A stretch of DNA of 64,000 nucleotides. Origin: Oculina patagonica (lineage: Eukaryota). The notes below the pieces were generated by a model. That model did not search any database. It saw nothing but the letters and a program-made list of their open reading frames with translations, and was not told the DNA's origin. Every line of letters starts with the position of its first letter. The first letter of the stretch is position 1. Made by a program: the position numbers and the translations under genes. Positions 24,918 to 36,611 of the stretch are shown here, piece by piece. Location of the stretch: NCBI RefSeq assembly GCF_052425735.1, contig NC_135770.1:28024001-28088000 (forward strand), in the 5' to 3' direction.

Positions 24918-27900
24918 ATGGTAAGTGAATTTTACTTAACTCGTTCAACAGTTACTTGGTTATTAACTCCGCGTGCGGTTGGTTGTCACTTTCTAACGAA
25001 AATTTCATGCCGATGTTTCTGTCGATTTCACCGCTATATGTTGACAAAGCCGATGCGTAAAACCTTAAGGCTAACAGATTTATATAACAGTGTTAAACTT
25101 TCGTGGTAATCCTTGTATTTAGGGAGGCAGTGGATTAATTTCGACTTATTACAGAGATTCAAATTCGAAACAGACGATTTTCGATCCACGGTCTTCATCA
25201 CCACAGATAATCCACCGCCCTGAAATTAATTTTCGCTTTGGTTGTATACCTCACATACATTTCACTCTTTTGTAAATTAGAGAATTGTCTTTGGTACCCG
25301 TAAAATGCCTGGCAAATCGACTGCTATAAGTAGAAATTACTGATCAGGAAAATGTTTACCATTTAATAGCTGTACGGGCAAACAGCAAATTACTCTATGC
25401 ATGTTCAGTTCTCGATGTAGGAATGTAAACAATGCAATGATTTGGCGTGATTTTCTCGATTCTACAAGCTAGCGCCGTTCTTGGCTTTTGATCGCTGCAC
25501 TTCAAAACTCTTAACATTGAGCTAATGGTTTGGAGTAAAAGAAACAGTTATGAATGAAAATGTATGTATATTTCTTGGTAAATTCTGCCGTTGGCTAACA
25601 GATGTGTGAATGCCTAGTCAGACGGAGCGAAAACTCACTACTTTGTATCCATGTTCAAACTGATCAGTCTCTGCAGATCTCAAAGCAAAAGAGTTTCAAG
25701 AAATAAATCCCTGTTTTCAGTATCCATGTGGACTGAGATTAAAGAACAACAGAGAAGTTCGTTGTTTGTTACGATTTGTCTTTTGATCTGTTTATCTAAA
25801 AGTTCAATCGTTAAGGGACCGGATATTTATGTAGAGGGGGGGGGGAAAAAAAAGGGGGGGGGGGGCTAATTTCGTTCTTGTCGATTCTCAAAAATCACAA
25901 GAGTATAAACAGACGAAATATTGATGCAACACGTACAGCCTTATTTGTTCTCATTTCTTTGATTAACAAAAAAAGCAATGGAAAACTTAATTTCCTGTTG
26001 CCATATTTCAGTCCATAAATGGATATACCAGAATTGAAAGATACATACGAGTTTCACTGACACAAAAACTGAAATTTGATTAAGAAATTTGGGAATGTCT
26101 GTCGCGTGTCATGAAATAAGTCACGCAAAAATGTCGGTCAGTTTCGTTGTCAAAATACCACTCAAGTACTTATTACTGTACATTTAAACTTAATTTAACC
26201 GTCACTAATTTACAGGCGACGCCGTCCTAGCGTGTGTTTTGGGGTTTTTTTCTGTATATTTGTGCAATCCGAAAACACTTGAGCTTGCGGGTTATAATTG
26301 GATTTAACTTAAATGACATTGAAGTGGAGATACTTTTTTTACGCGTCAAAGTCCTCTTCAATTAACCTTTCTGTGCACCAGTTGTGCCAAAGTTTAGAAC
26401 TGAGTTTCATACATGATGCGTTACGCTGATAAGGCACTCACTTTATGTTGCGTGATGCTTACTTTGTATTTCTTAAAGGGAGGGGCTTATGTACGTTGCG
26501 TGACACTGACTGTGTATTTCTTTTTATTCCCCTTAGTCGGCGTCACTATCACCAGAGCAGCTGAAGGGTGAGAGCCGGTTTATGATCTGATATATTCGAA
26601 GGCTACTTCGTTATTAAACTGTTTAATAGCAGATGAAATGACTTGTCACTGTCAACAGAAATTAACTAACTTTCGTAGGTTTTTAACACTTGTTTCGGTC
26701 ATTATCACTATCATTTTGATAAGTACGGTAACGGCTCGGCTACAAACATCACAGGTGTTGCGATAAGTTCCAAATAATTATTCCAAATAATCGTAACTCG
26801 CCATAAAAACGAATAAAATCATTATTGACCCTAGCTTGGGTCGTCATGCAACCTCTGCGTGACCTCTCAAATAACGGCTGCGATGAAAACTACCACTCTT
26901 GCCAGAAGTCGATAACGGAATGAAAACCAATTCAAGACACTCGGGGGTTATTTTCGTATAACCCACTAAATTTCTGTCGTTTTATCATTCTAGAATTCAA
27001 AGATGCCTTCAAAATCTTTGATGTGGATAACAGCGAGACCATCACGACAGATGAATTGCTTCTCGTCATGAAGAATCTCGGAATGATGGCCACGAAGGAC
27101 GAGGTGAAGGAAATGCTGTCCGAGGTCGACGAGGATGGTACGTTACCGGAAATCGTAGAAAGAATTAGGGTTTGGGGTAACCTGGGGTCGGCTCCTTTAC
27201 CCTTTGCGTGACACATGGATTCCCACTCCCTTTTTTTCCCTTTTCTCTCTTTACTTCTTTCTCCTCTTTTTTTTCTCATCCAACTGGAAAAAGCGGGCAG
27301 GTTAGGGGAGGACTATTGCAGTTTTAAACTGAAGAAAAAAACCGGCACAGTTTGTCACCAGTTGCTGCTTTACACGCATTCGTCACGCAACACTCGAAAA
27401 CAAGTTTTTTTGCGTGACAAACTAAAAAAGTGGTTGCTGATGGCGCTTGTAGAGGGTTTAGCACTGAACTGCATGTTTTTATAAAGAATCTAAGAACTAT
27501 CGGTTCTCTCCTCTATTTTTGGGCATTTTTCGTCTATATCGGCTTTCTTTTCTCTATTTTTGGCCGGGCACTGTCAAAAACGTGTGAAGTAAAATAGTGC
27601 ACCTTCAGTTTGTGGGAAGATGTCGAACAACTGAAATTTGTAAAAGAAACAAAGTAGGGGGTGGATGAAAAGGTGTAGGTGACGGGATGCCATAGATACT
27701 CCCAGACTCTTTTAATTGTAAATAATTTTAACTTTATTAGTATTTTTTTTTTGTGTCCCCTTTTTTTTGTTTTCTTTTTTTTTTCCATGAAATTCCTTCA
27801 GTTTAAATCGCTAATTTGTGTTGCGCGCTTTCTTACAGGAAGCGGAGAAATCGACTTTGAGGAGTTTGCAGAGCTTATGGTCAAACAGATGAAACAAGGA

Positions 27901-28813
27901 AGTGAACAGGAAGTGAGAGAAGCGTTCAAAGCATACGACACCGACAACAAAGGATACTTTACGAAAGACGAGCTGCTGAAGCTACTCACGGCAGTACAAC
28001 AACAGAGCAAAGACATCAAGATCTCCAAAGACGAAATCGAGGATGTGGTGAAGTTTCTGGAGCGCAATGGTCGAATCGACTTTGACAGTAAGTGTGTCTG
28101 GAGAGATTAAAGTGTTTTTGAGTCAAATAAGTCAATGCGTCAAATGTGAAAACACAGTTATAAATTTGAAAATAGTGCTGCCCTTACTAACAAGTAAAAG
28201 CTAACCACAGGCAAACCGGGGCACCTCGTTTCTGGAAAGAAACTTTACTTTTGTAACATGTAAATTTTGCCAAAACTCTACTTACAATGTGCGAGGGGCG
28301 ATTGTCTTTATTTGGTTTAGGCGGTGAAAATTAAGAGTTTTATATTATTATTATTATTAACTGGGACTCTATTTAAAATCATTTAATATTTTTTAAAGGT
28401 GTATAAATGGGTGCTACAGAAATCGGGATAAGTTCTGGCCTGATGGGCCACTAGGCTCGACGCAGACTTTACCTGTGTAAAGAAATGAGTAGTTTATGCA
28501 CACAATTACCTTCAAAAGAAGTTGTTAAGAAAGGGAAACACCAGAGTGGAAATATTCAACCAAAGACGAACAACAGTGATGAACATTATTGTAGAAGATT
28601 GAAATTAATGAAGTTGACTGACGAATTTTAAAAATTTTATAAAAAGTTTCTTTTTCCAAGCCCTCCACCCGCGTTGCTCTTTAGTCGAGAAAGGGCGTTA
28701 GCCGTTATTTTTCAAATTTTCCAAGTCATGCATGTTCCATTAGTTCAGGATGAGTTTAAAGGAAAGCAATATTTTATTATTTTCCAGAGTTTGTTAAAGA
28801 GCTGATGAAGTAA
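24918..28813 (+). CDS. Calmodulin-like EF-hand protein 1 (divergent, 150 aa)
   Basis: Exons 24918-24920 (ATG only), 26537-26567, 26994-27137, 27839-28087 and 28788-28813. The 3/31/144-nt exon pattern is that of calmodulin. Protein: MSASLSPEQLKEFKDAFKIFDVDNSETITTDE...DEDGSGEIDFEEF...DTDNKGYFTKDE...FLERNGRIDFDKFVKELMK. Confidence 0.9.
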
Positions 28814-29691
28814 ACGATTATGCTTGTTGGGCTGAAACGCTGTTAGATGAAGACCTACTACACAGAGCTTCATTTGGGCACAAATGTTTATTTTTTGATG
28901 ACTTAAACAGCCAAACTTGCTGAGTTTATTTTAAGTTTATAAGGTATTTTGTAGATTTATTTTTCGTGTACGAATAAACTTCATTCACTTGCCTTGTAGT
29001 TTTTTGTTTTTCTAGACTTCATTGTGGTTTTCTATACCCGAGAGATTGCAAGGCAGCAATCGCTGAATTTGACGATGTTTGAAGCATTTGCAGGGCCCCT
29101 TACGTGATGCAGTTTCATAGAAAGCTGCCCATTGTATTAGGTGCGTCACGCAATCTTTCCTTGTTGAGAAGCTTTGAGTGAAAATGACGTCATAAAATTT
29201 GTTCGCTGCTGGATTTTTTTCTTTTATACTGGATTTTTTTCTTTCATTACAGTGCTTTGTAATGACCGTAAATATTCTAGAACCTAAAATCATTTTAATC
29301 AAGAACCGACGCGCCCGTTTTACTGCAAAAGCTCCTGTCAAAGCCTCCAATTAGGTCCCGTCTCTCTTTCAAGATCTTCGATATGTCACTTCCCTCTCCC
29401 TTCTCCCAATCCCACCCCAAAATGATCTAAATCTACACGGCGTTGTTCCTGTCCCTTTCAGTGAGATAGAGAAAAAAATAAAAAGAAGGATCTGGGAACG
29501 TGTATTAAATGTCGGCCAAGCCGCCGAGCAAGGAATAAAATCACTTGGGGTGAACAGAAACCTTTTGGATCTGCGGTCAAAGATACAGGGGGACAAATTT
29601 GCCGATGCATGCTTCACTGGCCTGGGTCCAAGTGGCAATCTACAGAATAGTTATACTTCAAAGAAAAAAGTCACTTAGGTTGTACAGTCCT

Positions 29692-29998
29692 GTCAAAAAA
29701 ATGGTCCGGACATAACCACTTTTGTAGAGAAACAGTCAAATCAAAACGGGGCCATAGGCGCCTATGGCCCCGTTTTGATTTGACTGTTTCTCTACAAAAG
29801 TGGTCAGGTCCGGACCAATTTTTTGACGGGTCCATACCCGAATTTTTCAGTCGTGTAAACGCGCCTTAAAAAAAAAATTTTGTATGGGCTTTTTGTATGG
29901 CCGCGTTTTGATTTGACTGTTTCTCTACAAAAGTGGTTAAGTCCGGACCAATTTTTTGACGGGTCCGTACTCCATTTTCTCTGTCGTGTAAACGCGCC
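29692..29998. repeat. Perfect 90-bp palindrome (29715-29804) with extended arms, plus a third tandem copy
   Basis: 45-bp arms meet with no spacer at ggc|gcc. The right-arm sequence is repeated again from about 29896. Confidence 0.9.
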
Positions 29999-30628
29999 TG
30001 TTAATAATAAAGCCGATGTTACAGTATTTAAGATTTTTAGCATCGAAAAGAGTATCAAAGAAACTACCATTGTGTGATTTGTATAAATAGGTATACAAAT
30101 TATGGTTGAAAAACTACAATACAACTACTTATATAATTGGTAAAACATTGCCCTGCTCTCAATAGAGGCTTTCTTAATATATGATTAATGCCCAAGAAAC
30201 TTGTAAAAAAGGTGTTTAATTATAAAACTATTAAAATTGTTGTTCAAGTCGCTTGCTGCAGTTTATGGGCTTGAAACTTCGTAAGATGAAATAACTAGCA
30301 AGAGCTTAGTTTAGCGTGTAAAGATCATGTTACGAGCGATTCTTTCCAAAATGAACAACGAAACAGCTGATTAAAAAATACAAAGCGTTCCCTTTAGCCA
30401 AACAAAATTTGCGTTGGTATTTACTAAAAAAGGTCTCTGATTGTAACGGTATGTGGCTTATTGTGTCAACACAAACGAGTAGATGACGTCACAAAGGCCA
30501 GATATTGACCAGGAAAGATTAGAATAACTATTGAATACCATGAAAGGCGTCCGGCAATAACTTCAAGTTATTTACATACGATTCGTTTACGATTACGGAT
30601 CAGAAAGTCATAAGTCAACAGAACAGTC

Positions 30629-33600
30629 ATGAGTGGTTTTCGAAGGGACAGCAAAACCAGGAAAATAAGTGACGCGGTAAGTCATTTTGACACTTAAATA
30701 CCGATTTATAACGAAACTAGAAGAAAAGAAATGAAGAATGTATTAAGCAATGATTTGATTACTGTAAAGGATTATGCAAACATTTGAAAGAAGTTCAGTT
30801 ATTTCAGTGAAATTGAACTTTCTTAGTGCAGTTTGTACTGAAGCACCAAGACCCGTGTTCCTCTGTTTTGCGTGACTAGTGATTTGTCCGAGGTTGTAGC
30901 TACCGTCAATTTGGGTTGTTCTTGGAACCGCACGTTCACGAGGCTCTCCAAAACGACGCGAATAAATTTATTGCTGTAGAACTGCGTATTATTCTGGCAA
31001 GCGAATATTCGGGCCGGGTCATGAGCCTTTCTGTCTTTTACATTCTCCTGCAGTAGAATAAAAACTAACGCGAGAATTCAAGGAAGCCTATGAGAATTAA
31101 GGTCGCGGGGGACACCTTAGGCTCATCATTATGCATTTATTTAAAGCGTATGCACGAAGTACAACGACGGACATCGACAACTTTACGAGATATTTATGAC
31201 TGGACAAAAATATGGGTGTGTGCGCGTGATTTGTAAAAAATCCCTGTTTCTTTGATATTTTAACCAATTTAAAACAACACTTAGCGATATACGTTCATAT
31301 AGATTGTAGGAAGTCTTTGAGCTTATTTTCATTTAAATTTGAATATTTCTGCAACTCAGAGTATTCACAAAAATATTCGGCATAAACAATCGTGTCCTTT
31401 TTAAAAACGCATTGTTCTCACCATAAAAGCGTGGAATATAATTATCATAATTACATCTCTCCTTGGCAAAATGATCGTATTTAGGTCGGTACACCTTCGG
31501 AAATCTCAAAGTTTGGACTTTTCCGACAATTTTGTGGCAGAGAATACAGCACGGATATAGAACTTCATGACTTGCCACTGCAGATAGGTAAACTATGAAT
31601 ACTGTAGTGTGTCATAACAGAAGCGGAATTTTAAAAGAGCGCTTTTAGAAAGAGGTAGAAGACATTAAATTCAAATTTGCGCACTTAAACCGCCATAACT
31701 TGCTGACAAACTTTAAATTAAAAAATCTGCTTCTGTTATGACACTCTAGAGGTATCGACTGATTAGTTTTTGACAAGATCACAGTGTGCTGTCTCCTACT
31801 CGTTCCGCAAACTCTGCCACAAAATCATGTTTTTCCCAATTTGGCACTCACGAGGCTATAACATCGCCGTTAAATGCAATCTACCAAATAAAAGATAACA
31901 TTCACCATCTTTCATTATTTCTTTATGTCTCTGTAAAATTTGAGCTTAATCGCACCAATAACAGCTGAGAAATAAGCGTTTTAAAAGATGCAAGTCAAGC
32001 AAAATTTCCCTTCATGAATTTATTCATGCTGTTGGTATCCCCCGCGACCTTAACTGTACAACAGTATCCCGAATGTAAAAGGGCTTTCAGTAGTTCCAGA
32101 TAGCTTGAGGCGCGAAACAACCGATTTTGGCATAAATGAATAAAACGCTGATGTGTGTGTTTTAAGGACTGCAGAATGTAGAAAATCTTATATGCAGTAG
32201 TGAGTTTATGGTAAGTAACAGTGTTAGGATTAGCTTGGCTAGCGAATCTTGGTTTAGATATATTTGTGTAGTAAGGTAGGGGCTATTTCTGCATTCTGGA
32301 TAATATTCCGCAAAACACTCATACCGGCAACTAATGAGACTGCTAGCCTGTGTACAGCCGTCCCGCGACTACATACCGTGGGGCCGAGAAATTCAGTAAG
32401 ATCAAACCGTTGCGTGTGTAACCTGCCGCAAAAGAGCGGTGTGTTTTCATGCATTATGATGTAAATTCCTTGCGTATTTTAATTACCACTTGAAAGAAAG
32501 GTACAAAATTAACCCATCAATTTAGCAGCAGTTTTTCAACCACTGCCGAATGTGGTGTACAAATTGTCAATTTGGGCATAGTGAACCCGCCAAAACAATA
32601 TGCAAGGATGTTAATAAACGAAATTGACTCATTGCTGTTTGTTGCTATTCTGAAGTGCGTCCATGATTCATTACTTTTAGAAAACTGTACTTGGCCTTAG
32701 CTTAATTTTGAATGCTTAATTTTGAATGCTTAATTTTGAATGTTTAACTGGATTTTATTAGAAAACCGACTCCTTTTTTCGTCACCCTCTCTTCTTGATT
32801 ACCGTTTTGAGAGGAGAGCGCTGATGCACACTGGATAGATTGAGCAAAATCTATAAAACAATATATTTACGTTGATTTCCTATCTGTACATATTGTTACA
32901 TACATATTATGATTAACACTTTCCTTATTGCATTTTTTCTATTTCACAGGGTGATCTAACTCCAGATTTGGTAGCAGGTATATTGAACTTCTGAAATTAT
33001 CAAATTCAACTTGCCCACAACTTGTCAACTAAACACCTTACAAACAAGTTATATATCCCACCGTTTGTGATAAAGTTCCTTCGTTATTTATTGCTACGAA
33101 AGGTGCTATTAAGAAAAATATAAAAAGTAGATAGCTAGAGGTTTAAATTTGATTTTGCACCACCAAAATGTTTAAAATGTGAAAAAGCGTCCTCCTTTAA
33201 TAGTGGAACTTGTTTTGCAAACTAAATTTATTAACGCCAGTAAAGCCGGATTTCACTAACGACGCAAGCACAAGCACAGATGCATGCATAACGGCTCTTA
33301 TTTCACCGTGAAAAACGGCCTTGATGCAAGCACAAACGAAAGCACAAGTACAAGGTTCTTTTTGTTTTCTTTTCTTGTGCTTGTGCTTGCGTTCAATTCG
33401 TGTTATGCCGGTGTGAAAACAAAATGAGACATCTGGCCCTGTCATTAAAGCGCTCGTTCTAGGTTCCCCCCGCGTCTGAGCATTTGAGCCTTGTAACTTA
33501 TAAACATCAAGTTCTTATGCTTGTGTTTATGCTTATGTCGACGTTCTTTTTCACTTTACACAAACTAATTACGTTTGGTTGCTTGTGCTTGCGCTAGTGC

Positions 33601-35123
33601 TTGCGTCGCTAGTGAAAACCAGGCTTAAGCAACTTTACTTTTCAAGTTTCAAGAGTTTGTCCTCTCCACCTCCCTTTCAAAATTTTAGCGCCATTTAATT
33701 TCACAAATTCAAACCACTATCGATACTGCATTTTCTACCATTAAAAGAAACAATTCACAACCAACGTTCTAGATCAGAAGGGATTAAACACCTCTTTTTT
33801 TCTGTCTCGTAGAGTTCCGTGAAGCGTTTTCTTTGTTTGACAGAGACGGTGATGGAACGATCACTACAGACGAGCTTGGAACAGTGATGGAAAGCCTGGG
33901 ATTGAGTTCAGACCAAGACGAACTCAACGAAATGATCAGAGAGGTGGACGCGGACGGTAAGTAGACGTAATTCCAAATTCTTGTTAGCGTCCAATTGAGC
34001 CAGAGAGACCCTGGAAACGAAGCAACCTCGTTCCCAGGGTTTTTCCCTTGGTAATTTGGGAACGAGGTTGGAAACGAAGTCATCGATCACTATGTCTCAT
34101 ATATAATAAACCACTGAATGCAATGGTCACACGACACATCTCCACGGTCTGGCCAGAACCTGTACGCATGCGCACAGCATTTATAATCCTGGACGAAACA
34201 AGCTGAGACCAATCTCGTTCCCAGAGTCCACGTTCCCCTTGACCAGCGGTCAAGTCAAGGGGAACGTGGACTCTGGGAACGAGATTGAGCTGAGACAAAC
34301 GAATGATATCACACAATTTTTGAGGATTGTTTGACTTAGAAGCGCGTAAAAAATATTTTTTTTCCCTCTCCCTCTGCTCCATGTTGCTTCATGGGGTTTG
34401 CAATTAACCGGGCTTTGTTTTGTCAACACGACAACATTGACTAAATTTAAAACGGGGAAGGAGGCGAGTTGCAGATATGAGCTGTTTGGCCACTTGAAGT
34501 GTTTATGTCTGAACAGATTTGTCCAAGCTTGTAGGTGCCGAGTTAAAACTATAAAAACAAGCTGTTATTTTGTTTAACTATGTTTTTTCACAGGAAGTGG
34601 TGCAGTGGATTTTGAGGAGTTTTGTGTGCTTATGCAGAAGAAAATTGCACAGGAAGCCCAGTCCGAAATCCTGGAGTTGTTTAGTATCTGGGACCTATCC
34701 GGTGAGGGGATCATTGAATCAGGAGAACTGAAGTGTTTGTTGAACAGAATCCCTGAACGACTGACGAGAAAAGAGATCGATTTACTGGTTGATCATGCAG
34801 ATAGAAAGAAAAATGGAAAAATCAATTTTGAAGGTATGTTCTTGATCTTTTGTGAAAAAAACGTGCACAGACGACCTGCTAGGCAGGCTAATTATAACCT
34901 TCAAAGTGGGGCTTAATGGGGACTGCCTATACAATAGGAATTCGTAATAAATACTCTTGATCTTGTGTAATTTTTCCTTCGAGTTCTTCCAGTTTTGTTA
35001 GTAGGTATTGAGTCAAGTCGACAGAAATTAGACTATTAGCTGAATCAAATAACATCAGAAGTATTAAACTATTTTTCGTTTAATTCACTATTTGTTTCAG
35101 AATTCGTCAAGATGCTATCTTAA
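30629..35123 (+). CDS. Calmodulin-like EF-hand protein 2 with basic N-terminal extension (160 aa)
   Basis: Exons 30629-30676, 32950-32977, 33813-33956, 34594-34833 and 35101-35123. Protein: [46 protein letters not shown]...[13 protein letters not shown]...[12 protein letters not shown]...[18 protein letters not shown]. Exon 1 is the least certain. Confidence 0.85.
31101..32049. mobile_element. Non-autonomous TTAA-TSD DNA transposon (Kolobok-like ends) with an internal inverted-repeat element at about 31605-31748
   Basis: TTAA-ggtcgcgggggacacc ... ggtatcccccgcgacc-TTAA. Confidence 0.75.
33243..33627. mobile_element. PIF/Harbinger-like MITE
   Basis: Inverted ends aagccggatttcactaacgacgcaagcac and gtgcttgcgtcgctagtgaaaaccaggctt, TAA-type flanks, (GCACAA) subrepeats. 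Confidence 0.7.
34023..34070. mobile_element. 48-bp hairpin micro-transposon with 9-bp TSD
   Basis: caacctcgttccca..tgggaacgaggttg flanked by gaaacgaag on both sides. Confidence 0.8.
34210..34287. mobile_element. 78-bp hairpin micro-transposon with 9-bp TSD
   Basis: caatctcgttcccagagtccacgttcccc..ggggaacgtggactctgggaacgagattg flanked by agctgagac. Confidence 0.85.
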
Positions 35124-36611
35124 AGCAAAGGAACCGAGTGTACTCCGAGTTGATTCACAGATTTGCCACAAACTGGGACTTGAAATTTAAATTAGTTAAA
35201 CGAGACGGACGTTTAGAAATGCAGCCTCGGCCCAGGAAGCGTTGAAATCCCACCTCGTTACCAGGGTCCTTAAGGAGAATTCCTATTTCAATCTCATGAA
35301 AAAGGGTTGAATAAGAAAATTGCGATATCCTTTACGTTGTTAATAAAGCATTTCAAGGCAATTTGGGTTGTTTTCCTGTGTGTTAGTTTGTTCGTTTGTT
35401 GGGGTTGGTTTGTTTCACTTCGTCGTTTTTTGTTGTATTTTTTCACTGATTTATTGAAACAGACCATAGCAGGTTCATTCTAATTGAGCTCGGAGTGGTC
35501 TGTCAAATGGACAGGCTCAATAATGAAGGGTTTGAAACGGAAGAAAAAAATACAAAAGAATAGTAAAGAAGTATTCGAATAATCTGAAAGAAGAAACCCG
35601 TCTCCCAGAATGCATTACCACACTTCATTCGGACCAGTAAAACTCGAGCATAGGTCAATTAGAAAGCGTTAAAACTGACGTGGTAATCCACCCCCCCCCC
35701 CCCTTTCATCTCATACTTAAATCCTGTTTAAAACACCTTGCTTTCACCCTCTCCCCTCCCCTCTTTAACCCTTCTTCCCCCCCCCCTCTGCCCTCCCCTG
35801 CCTTTTATTAAGCATATTTTGGTGTTTACAACATAATGTTGACAGCATTAACAAGGATCATGCTAAACAAAAATACTTGTTAAGTCTGAGAGATATACTT
35901 GTCAAAAGACAATGGTTTCGTGTCATCGGTGATGAAGAAATTAAAAACCAATGTGTCAGCATTACAATCCGGAAATTTTTGCCTCATTGCGCTGCACCGG
36001 AGAAGTGGAAAGGATGTGATGATTTGTTAGAGAGAAACTGTAATCATTGACAACATAATTATCTTATTACTTTTCGCGTGTATCCCCCAAATGCTATAAA
36101 GCGATGGGAAATGAATATTCTTTTCCAGCAGTCCGCAAAAGAAAGACAGAACTTGGAAAAGCTGTTTACTGATTATTCGTGCTTGAACTGCAATTGTAAT
36201 CACGATATCACGTCGACAGGCTCATTAGCTACGCTTTAGACTCCTTTGACTTTCTGTTCTGTCATTTGTTTGTAAATTCTTTGTATTGTGCTACACGGTA
36301 CACACACTGTGAGCACAAATAAAGTCGGCGGAAAGCTTCCCTAGTGTGACAAAATAATTAGCTCAACGTCACAGTCGTATTGAAGCCTCTTTCTAAAGCG
36401 CCGATTGTACTTATCTACTTGTTGGATACTTATCTCGCACGGTCATAAGTTAGCGTTATTGACTGAAATAACAGCGTGATTTGGTACCCCTCATTCTTGG
36501 ATCACATTTCTTTGCTGAAGTAAGCGATTGTTTTCTACTCATCGCTCTCGTGCGCAACCGACTAATAACCATTTATCTGGCACTGCTGCGGTCTGATAAG
36601 TAACTTGTTTC

